Below, piece after piece: positions 45,371 through 53,169 of a DNA stretch of 64,000 nt. Numbering within the stretch: position 1 is the first letter of the stretch; the number at the start of each line of letters is the position of its first letter. The translations under genes and the position numbers were made by a program. A model generated the notes under the pieces. That model was given only the letters and a program-made list of their open reading frames with translations. It searched no databases and had not been told where the DNA came from. The stretch spans positions 186,001-250,000 of the IMG/VR virus record IMGVR_UViG_3300022602_000024. The stretch is one strand, 5' to 3'.

Positions 45371-46923
45371 ATGTCAATTCCCTCATACTTGCATAATTCT
45401 GCAATATATTCATTTTTCTGCATTTCCAATCTGTTTTTTATCTCTATACGATCATAATCAAATTTTGCACGAGTTTGTATATCTGAAAATTTATATCCTA
45501 TATCCTGTAGACCCATTACTTCATATGCACTTACTTTGTTCCTTCTTGAATAATACATTTTTTCCATGTATTTTTTAGCCAAGATGTTGACGTCATTGAC
45601 ATTCCAATGTTCGTTTTTCCAATGAACTTCCGTATCAAATTCATATTTGTCGTCTAGTTCTGTCAGACTGTATCCATATTTTTCAATGTCTAATCCAAAT
45701 ACACTCGGAATATCTTTGTACATATGAAATGGATGTACTCTAACATAATCTATCGGGCAGTTGGCATCTTCTAACCACTCCATCCATTTACTTACAGTTT
45801 CGGGAGTGTCGTATGGTAATCCAAAGATAAAAGATCCGTATATCATAACTTGATTGCCCCAGGCCAACTTGAGTTCTCCCAAAAACTCTTTTACCATTGA
45901 GCTTTTCATGGGTTTACCTATCAACTTGAGTGTAGCATCATTGAATGTTTCGATTCCAAAATAAGCAGATGTTAAGCCCATATCTTTGAGTAGTTGTATC
46001 TGTTCAGGATGTTTTTTTATCAAATCAAGCCTAAGAAATGCAAAAAAAGAAAAATCGGGAACACCAGCTTGAATAACAGCTTGTTTTATGGCTTCTAATT
46101 TTTCAGTTGTTTCATTGAATGTATCATCTATTATGTAATATTTGTTGATCCGATAGTTATCCCAGTTGTATTTTAATTCTTGTGTGATTATGTCTATTTC
46201 TTTGTGATATTTGGGGTCAGTCTTTTTTCTGCCCAATAACAAGTAAGTACAAAATTTACATTTAAACATACACCCGCGACTGGTTTCTATACACATCACT
46301 TCGCCTTGACGTATGTGGTCAGTGGGTTCAAATTTGGTAAAACTATTTGGAAAGTCAAAACTCAATCCCAATGGGTCATGATTTATTAATTTTTGCCCTG
46401 GATATGATCCGGGCATGAATTTTAAAGGAGTTCCAAACTTTAAATGATTTGCCAGTTCAACAATGGTTGTATCTGCTAATCCCTTTACTACATAATCTAT
46501 ACCAGCATTAAATTTAATTCCAGCATTGGTCCATGCACCACCGTAAACTATTTTGGTATTGCGATTTATACTTTTTATTGTTGACAAGAAGATTGAAAAT
46601 CTTTTTTCGTCTCCAGGATACGGACTGGGTCTATATCCCATTGTTTCTTGATACGCATTGTTATGGGAAAAGCTGAGTTTACTTACTGCTTTTGTAGAAA
46701 AATGTGTACCGCTAAATCCGACAAATATGGTATTATCGCCAATTAAATTTTTGAATATTTTTAATGCTAGCCGATGGTCGCAGAATATATGTTGTGTGTG
46801 ATCAACTACTTTAACAGTATATCCATGTTTTCTAAGTTCTGATGCAAGTCGATATGGCCCGAGGGTGCGGATTCTACTATACCCAATAATAGAATCCGTA
46901 AACAATATTATATCATATGTCAT
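45367..46923 (-). CDS. B12-binding-like radical SAM protein
   Basis: N-terminal LGPYRLASEL..G..VKVVD; ETSRGCMFKCKFC; GIET; FIFGLPYDT. Confidence 0.85.
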   Translation of the reverse strand: MTYDIILFTDSIIGYSRIRTLGPYRLASELRKHGYTVKVVDHTQHIFCDHRLALKIFKNLIGDNTIFVGFSGTHFSTKAVSKLSFSHNNAYQETMGYRPSPYPGDEKRFSIFLSTIKSINRNTKIVYGGAWTNAGIKFNAGIDYVVKGLADTTIVELANHLKFGTPLKFMPGSYPGQKLINHDPLGLSFDFPNSFTKFEPTDHIRQGEVMCIETSRGCMFKCKFCTYLLLGRKKTDPKYHKEIDIITQELKYNWDNYRINKYYIIDDTFNETTEKLEAIKQAVIQAGVPDFSFFAFLRLDLIKKHPEQIQLLKDMGLTSAYFGIETFNDATLKLIGKPMKSSMVKEFLGELKLAWGNQVMIYGSFIFGLPYDTPETVSKWMEWLEDANCPIDYVRVHPFHMYKDIPSVFGLDIEKYGYSLTELDDKYEFDTEVHWKNEHWNVNDVNILAKKYMEKMYYSRRNKVSAYEVMGLQDIGYKFSDIQTRAKFDYDRIEIKNRLEMQKNEYIAELCKYEGIDI

Positions 46924-46943
46924 CGGATTAGGGAGTTAAAAGT

Positions 46944-47180
46944 TTAATAAAGTTTTTTAGGAAGAGATTCCGCGGCGATTTTCTTTTGCCAACGGTTTTT
47001 AGCAGCAGATTTTGCTCGCTTGCGTGCAGTTGTGGGTTTTTCGTAAAACTCTTTTTCTTTGAGTATACGCAACAGGCCCGACTCTAGAACTTTCTTCTTG
47101 AATTTACGCATGGCCTTGTCTACTTGGTCGTTGACCACAACAACTGTCATGCCTTTGGTATGTTTTGAATTATATGCCAT
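46944..47180 (-). CDS. rpsU: 30S ribosomal protein S21
   Basis: VDKAMRKFKKKV...G.L...KEKEFYEKPT..RKR. Confidence 0.92.
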   Translation of the reverse strand: MAYNSKHTKGMTVVVVNDQVDKAMRKFKKKVLESGLLRILKEKEFYEKPTTARKRAKSAAKNRWQKKIAAESLPKKLY

Positions 47181-47186
47181 AGTGCT

Positions 47187-47474
47187 TTATTTAGCAAAAT
47201 AATCTGCTGGTTCCTTTAGAATTTGATCTGCTCCAAATTTTATGTGGTTTAGTATGGGCGCTGGACTATCTTGCGCTAATAATACCGTATCTGCTCGATC
47301 AATTGCTTGCCCTAGCCAATTTAAATCGTTCATTGCTGAATTGTAAAGATACACATTATACGGGATTTGCGCATCCTTGCAATGTTGTGCCACTGACTCA
47401 ATTTGTTCTTTGGTGGCATCTACGATTAGTACTGAATCTACAAAATCTGGGGGAGTTATAAAATTTGAATGCAT
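47187..47474 (-). CDS. Conserved hypothetical protein
   Basis: SNFITPPD motif ORF. Confidence 0.7.
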   Translation of the reverse strand: MHSNFITPPDFVDSVLIVDATKEQIESVAQHCKDAQIPYNVYLYNSAMNDLNWLGQAIDRADTVLLAQDSPAPILNHIKFGADQILKEPADYFAK

Positions 47475-48004
47475 TATATATTATTTTTACAGTTGTCAAA
47501 ATGCCATCTTTTCATGGCGGTCATTTGTCCAATTTTCTCACAATGTGGGCATTTTATATCATTTAATAAATGATGAGTCCCATTTAACATTTTTTCTCTA
47601 TTTACACTAATCATCGATTCACTAATTTTTTTACGATGTAGTAGAGATTTAGGATTAGTATTTTTACCAATCATTGATTTTGATTTTTTATCACGAATTT
47701 CCTGCGACGGATTATGCAATCCTTCGCCTCCGTCTGTCATATTGCGTAAAATTCCAGTTCCGATATCCTTGCGTCCGTATTTTACTATTAGTTCTATTTC
47801 TAATTCTTTTGCTTGTTGGTTAGTTAAATGTTCTTTAAGAATTACTATTCTTGATTTGTCTTTTGGTGTCCAGACATACATACCATTTTTTCTATGTTGT
47901 TTCCATGCTCTTTTATGTACTCCTTTACCGATATAATAAGGAGTACCATCTTCCCTAAGGTATGCGTAAACGTAATAAATATTCATGCTGACATGCCTTT
48001 CCAT
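47474..48004 (-). mobile_element. GIY-YIG-like homing endonuclease with C-terminal Zn ribbon
   Basis: YYVYAYLREDGTPYYIGKG, LRNMTDGGEG, CPHC. Confidence 0.85.
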
Positions 48005-48046
48005 GTTAGAGTAGTTGGGCCTGCCAGCCGCGAACTACACTTATAT

Positions 48047-49717
48047 TTAGTTACTTTTTGACAAATATTGTTGAATTTGTTCGCGCTCTACTGCGGTCAG
48101 TGTATCTGTATCGTAACGTCCAGCATCAATTTCTTCGATCAAATGCTGAATATACTGTTCTTCATAAGCATACACATCTGTGGCTTCTTTGTCAACTTCA
48201 ATCCATTTATTACCATTGTACTTGAATAGTCTGTTTGGTAAGAAATCTGTTCTTAAATATACATCGCCCTTTTCTGGTACAGCAGGAAATTGATTGCCGA
48301 AGTCACTGTTGGCTGCTTTGCCTAAATCTGGTTCTGCATTGTCTGCTGGGATTACCGGAGTATATTTGGCGCCTGGATGCGGGGCAGCTTCGATGCTCGG
48401 AATTATCAGGGGAGCAGGTGGTTCCGGTGGCAAAGTTGCTATAACATAATCGCCGGGACGTTCCATGTCTGCAATATCTATCGGAAGCTCGGGCTCGGGT
48501 TCTGGAGCAAACATCCATCCAGGAGTGTGTGGATTATTGTCTGCTACGGGCTCGGGGGGTTCTGGAGTATATACTCTTGGTTTTTCATTGTTAAACCCAT
48601 CGCCCCAGGGTCTATTCAAATAGGGATGACGTTCATATAGTGTGGGTTCTGGCTCGGGTAATTCAACTGCAAATTCAATTGTTTCGCCACTGACGGCATC
48701 CATCACTGTGCAGTCCTTATTAGGGCAAAATTGACCTATGCCGGGTGCATTTACCAATTCAGTGCCGCATTTGTAACACTGAATAGTTTCGGGTTCGTCA
48801 GGAGGTTCTCCGACTGAGTCATTGCTGACCGCAGGCTGCGTATGTTTGTTCGCCTCGACAGGTGTATGTTCCTCCTCCTCAACGCTCTCTAACTCTTCTG
48901 GTGTGGGCTTTTCACCAACAAATGTATCCGATTCTGCAATAGTAGGATGTGGTTCTCGTTCTGATCGTATCCACGCAAACGTCATTTGACTGGCCAATAG
49001 CATTACAACTGCCAAGGGATCAAATACTATAACAATCAGGATAATGACCCATGTTACTGCTCGTTCCAAAATAGATGCATCGGGATTGTCACCGTATACA
49101 AAAGCCGCAATATACTTGATGGGTCCAACTTCGGCTTCTACTTTGCGATTCTCTGCACGTACAGGTGCCGCTTCGTCATTGAGCTGACTAATTGTTTTCT
49201 GGTTCGCTTCGATATCACGGGCAAGAGCCGCACGGTCTTTTTGTTGCGATTTGCGTACAGCGTTTGCTTTATCGGCACCTTTTTCATCTGTGCTTCGGCC
49301 CATGATTTGGTCCACCGCTTCATCCATTTGTCGAAGTTGCCGGCGGTCAACTTCGATGTTTTCTTTTGCCGTCTTAATCTTCTCATCATATATTGCAATC
49401 CGACTTTGTACGTCACCCGATACTAAAGTCTGGTCACTGTGTGCTTTACTTAAAAATCCAAAAATACCTAAACTGGTAATAAACATTAGAATGGCCACTG
49501 CGGTTACTGCATAACTTCGCATGAGCCAAGGCAATCTGGGCCAGTGTGCTTTGACCCAAGACGCAGTTACCAGTTTACCAATTTCCAAACTGATGCCCAT
49601 GATCATGATGGGAATAGCGGCTGCCGAAAAGATGGCCATCAAGCCCATGACCGAATAGTAAATGGCCACGGCCGAGATGGTCAGGCCAGAGAGTAAGAGT
49701 AGTGTTGCTAATATCAT
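48047..49717 (-). CDS. Membrane coiled-coil protein with P/E-rich linker
   Basis: N-terminal TMs, coiled coil, VFDPLAV, conserved C-terminal domain. Confidence 0.75.
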   Translation of the reverse strand: MILATLLLLSGLTISAVAIYYSVMGLMAIFSAAAIPIMIMGISLEIGKLVTASWVKAHWPRLPWLMRSYAVTAVAILMFITSLGIFGFLSKAHSDQTLVSGDVQSRIAIYDEKIKTAKENIEVDRRQLRQMDEAVDQIMGRSTDEKGADKANAVRKSQQKDRAALARDIEANQKTISQLNDEAAPVRAENRKVEAEVGPIKYIAAFVYGDNPDASILERAVTWVIILIVIVFDPLAVVMLLASQMTFAWIRSEREPHPTIAESDTFVGEKPTPEELESVEEEEHTPVEANKHTQPAVSNDSVGEPPDEPETIQCYKCGTELVNAPGIGQFCPNKDCTVMDAVSGETIEFAVELPEPEPTLYERHPYLNRPWGDGFNNEKPRVYTPEPPEPVADNNPHTPGWMFAPEPEPELPIDIADMERPGDYVIATLPPEPPAPLIIPSIEAAPHPGAKYTPVIPADNAEPDLGKAANSDFGNQFPAVPEKGDVYLRTDFLPNRLFKYNGNKWIEVDKEATDVYAYEEQYIQHLIEEIDAGRYDTDTLTAVEREQIQQYLSKSN

Positions 49718-49763
49718 ATTTGTAGATTCTACTAGAATATCAGCATAAGGTCAACAAGTTTGG

Positions 49764-51785
49764 TTAAATGGTATTGTTACCAATTGCAGTTACAAATAAG
49801 TTACCGGTTGTTCCGTCGAAATTAAAATATTTGATATACATACTTTGGTGTGATGTAACAAAAATACTAGCACCGTTTGTAGATTGCCCGCTAGACACCC
49901 CGTGATTGAACTGTGTGCTGCCGCCAGCCGGACTCATTACCAGCACTTCCACTGTTTTGCCTATTGTAGTTGCTAGGTTGATCAAATTGGCAGTGAGAGT
50001 TGTACCGGGCCCGGTTGTGTGTACATGTATCAAATCGTCTGTATCAAAGTTGATTGGAACCACATTGGCCACTAGGGTGGGCTGTGTTGCATTGTGGGTA
50101 ATACCCTTGGTTGAACTAAAAGTCCCATTAACAGCAACATTGCCTGTGGTCAATGTCTTACCCGCGGCCATAACAGTGTTAAGATTCAGTACTAAGTTAG
50201 CAGTAGAACCAGTTGACCCGATCTGTATATCAATGTTGCCTGTAGCGGATTGGATTGTGTTATCGACAAACTTTAATTGACCAACTTGTAACTGGTTGGC
50301 TCCGTTGATTTGTAACACACCGTTTGTAACAGTAAGTTCTGCACTTATTGCGGCGTTAGCAGTATCTTGGATGTATATTGATCCCGGACCAATATAGACA
50401 CTCTTCCATTTTCTGGTCTCACTACCAAGGTAATATGTATTATCAAGGCTAGGAGTTAAGTTACCGCCGATGTTGCTGTCTGCGGTTAAATTAATACCTG
50501 CAAAGGTCGGAGTGGCATTTGCAGAAACATCCTGCCCAATACTAACAGTAATAGCACTGCCTAAACTAACAGTGCCACCGCCCGTGACGCCTGTTCCTGA
50601 GTTTACTGTGACTGTTGAATTTTGTAATTTAACGTTTTGTATACTGCTTGCAGCCAATGCACCGATAACATCAGCATTGCTTAATGTTATAGCACCAGTA
50701 CGTGTATTGAATGTTGTTACTCCGTTGGCGCCGACTGGAATTCTTTCCCAAGTTGCACCGTTATAAATTACCCAGTCGCCTGCAACAAAAGTAGACCCTA
50801 GGTTGGTACCACCGGTAGTAACTGCATATTCATATCCAGTTGTACCTACGCCATTGGCCAGTGTTGGTACGTTGGTATTAGCGTTCCATGTGCCTTGATA
50901 ACTTACTCCGCCTAACAACGAAGTAGGAATTTGTGATAATGTAAGTCTACTTGCGCCGTCTAATGTAGCAACACCGCTGGCTGCGCCCAGTTGTGTTAAT
51001 GGGATAGCCGCAGTACTCTGAGTTGTTGCGTCAGCAAAAGTAATACCACCACTGTCTATTGTTAAACTACGACTAACGCTATTGCTATTAATAGCACTAG
51101 TCCAAAACTGTATGTTGCTGCCTTGGTTAGTTCCGGTTTGATCTTGGCTGGAAACAAAATCTATACGAGCTGTACTTAATGCGGGCCATCCTGCGCTAGT
51201 ATAAGGAGTAGCACCAACTCGACTAATGATGTTGCCATTTAATACTTGAGTTGGAGCTCTGCTGGATCCGTTATATCTTCGTCCTACATAAGCAGCATAG
51301 CCCGATTGGCCATCATTGTAAATTCTGCTGCTGTTGTTGGGTTGCCCTGTTACGTGAAGTAATACACCAGTATTTTGCGGGGCTTGAACTGTGTGGTCTG
51401 GGTTACCGATAATATCAATGCCCGAGTCAAGGCTATTGACTACTGGTACATAAAAATTGATAGTTTTGTTAGATAAACTTTCTATTAGAACATCGCCAGA
51501 TGGAGATTCAGTAATAAAATTACCAACTACATATATGTTACCTGTACCGTTACTAGCAATAGTAACATCTTGGTTTGTGCCGGTGGAACTCATTGTGGTT
51601 CCATTGAACTCTATGTCACCAATTCTATTACTACCCAGAGCAATGGGATTACCACCGGGAGTAACGCCGTCACTAATCCTTAAGTTACCAGTTGACTCAT
51701 CATAAAACATGTGACCTTTTTCACCGACAAAGGTTGCACCGTTTGTACCGTTTGCTCTACTAGTAAATAGTTTTTGGATTGCCAT
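49764..51785 (-). CDS. Virion structural protein (tail fibre/baseplate-like)
   Basis: G/T/N-rich; GVASLD-like, YQGTWNANTN.PTL, GDWVIYNG motifs. Confidence 0.7.
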   Translation of the reverse strand: MAIQKLFTSRANGTNGATFVGEKGHMFYDESTGNLRISDGVTPGGNPIALGSNRIGDIEFNGTTMSSTGTNQDVTIASNGTGNIYVVGNFITESPSGDVLIESLSNKTINFYVPVVNSLDSGIDIIGNPDHTVQAPQNTGVLLHVTGQPNNSSRIYNDGQSGYAAYVGRRYNGSSRAPTQVLNGNIISRVGATPYTSAGWPALSTARIDFVSSQDQTGTNQGSNIQFWTSAINSNSVSRSLTIDSGGITFADATTQSTAAIPLTQLGAASGVATLDGASRLTLSQIPTSLLGGVSYQGTWNANTNVPTLANGVGTTGYEYAVTTGGTNLGSTFVAGDWVIYNGATWERIPVGANGVTTFNTRTGAITLSNADVIGALAASSIQNVKLQNSTVTVNSGTGVTGGGTVSLGSAITVSIGQDVSANATPTFAGINLTADSNIGGNLTPSLDNTYYLGSETRKWKSVYIGPGSIYIQDTANAAISAELTVTNGVLQINGANQLQVGQLKFVDNTIQSATGNIDIQIGSTGSTANLVLNLNTVMAAGKTLTTGNVAVNGTFSSTKGITHNATQPTLVANVVPINFDTDDLIHVHTTGPGTTLTANLINLATTIGKTVEVLVMSPAGGSTQFNHGVSSGQSTNGASIFVTSHQSMYIKYFNFDGTTGNLFVTAIGNNTI

Positions 51786-51787
51786 AA

Positions 51788-52465
51788 TTAAATTTCTTTC
51801 CCTAAAGTTTTACACTTATCAAAATGATATTGTTTCATTTGTGGCAATCCGCCAATTTTATTACAATGGGGGCATTCAACTTTGGGTTTTGGTTTTCTTA
51901 ATTTACTACGCTCTATTTCCGTCCAGGCTCTGCCAGGTTTCCCTGCGTTCACACCTATCAATGATTGCTTCATTTTTGCAATATGCTCGTTGGATAATTT
52001 TCTTCCTTTAAGCGGACTCGGTTTACCCAATTTCTTAATTGTCTCCGCCCGTTTAGCGATTGTCTGTGTTGGTATTTTTCTACCTTTAAGAGTATTTGAA
52101 ATTTTATTACGAAGTTCTTCTGTTAAAATTCTACCAGAACAACCTTCACCACCATTAGTCATATTTCTTAATATACCAGTGCCCAAATCTTTACGACCAT
52201 ATTTTTCTATTAGACTTATTTCTAATTCAAATGCATCAATTTCATTTAAATTTTCTGCCAATATTTTAATTTTAGATTTATCTTTTGGCACCACAACTGA
52301 ATGTTTATTATTCCATGCCCGATTACCCTTCCCCTTACCAATATAGTAAGGAGTATCATCTGATTTTCTTAAATAGGCATAAACGTAATACGTATTCATA
52401 CAATGTAAATTACGATTCGAAAGGCTCGTCTTCGTCTGCAATAACCATTGTGGCAGCAGGAGCAA
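51788..52465 (-). mobile_element. GIY-YIG-like homing endonuclease with NUMOD3 repeats (paralog of 47474..48004)
   Basis: YYVYAYLRKSDDTPYYIGKGKG, LRNMTNGGEG, KGRKLSNEH, CPHC; likely start MNTYY. Confidence 0.85.
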
Positions 52466-52811
52466 TACCAGCGTTGCGCTTCATGATTGACATTTCGTCT
52501 TCTGCATCACAATCGCAAGGTGAGTGTCCACAAGCAGGGCAAGATTCTTCGCCTCCGGCAATGCTGACATCAGTTACTGGAACTTCTACACCAGCCAATT
52601 TTTTCATTAGATCCAATTTTTGTTGCAATGGGCCAACCATGCTACGAGTGTTGACCTGTGCAGCACCTTCGATGCCGTGTGTGCTGTCTGCACCACCCAC
52701 TTCAACGTCAACAATTTCGGGACGGTTAGTGATTTCAGTGCTGGATGATTGACCAGACTCTTTTGAGTCAATAATGTCGGCCATTTTTCTTAATATTTCA
52801 CTTGCTCTCAT
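52410..52811 (-). CDS. Late hypothetical protein
   Basis: MRASEIL leader; CPACGHSPCDC. Confidence 0.7.
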   Translation of the reverse strand: MRASEILRKMADIIDSKESGQSSSTEITNRPEIVDVEVGGADSTHGIEGAAQVNTRSMVGPLQQKLDLMKKLAGVEVPVTDVSIAGGEESCPACGHSPCDCDAEDEMSIMKRNAGIAPAATMVIADEDEPFES

Positions 52812-52823
52812 AGTGTTCTTTCA

Positions 52824-53135
52824 TTAACCATTGGTATATGTGTTGCCGCCAAATGCTGGACCAGCAGTGCCCGAAGCCGCTACATTACCAACTTGTGTGA
52901 TTGTAATTGCAGCGGTACCAGCAGTGGGCAACAAACCCAGTGTGTTGCCAATGCCCTGCATATTAATGGGGGTTCTCATGTTTGCTGGGATTAGTGTAGT
53001 TACGTTGCTGGTTATTGATGCTGAGCCATTGATGTTGGCGTAGCAGGCCACGTTAGAAACTACAATAACTTTGGTACTGTTGATTGGAAGACTTGTGATT
53101 CCAACTGCTGATACAAATGTTTGTGAATATGCCAT
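52824..53135 (-). CDS. Small structural-type protein
   Basis: Beta-rich G/T/A/N composition. Confidence 0.65.
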   Translation of the reverse strand: MAYSQTFVSAVGITSLPINSTKVIVVSNVACYANINGSASITSNVTTLIPANMRTPINMQGIGNTLGLLPTAGTAAITITQVGNVAASGTAGPAFGGNTYTNG

Positions 53136-53169
53136 TTTTAGATTCCTGAATCGTTATTGTTATTTATGG

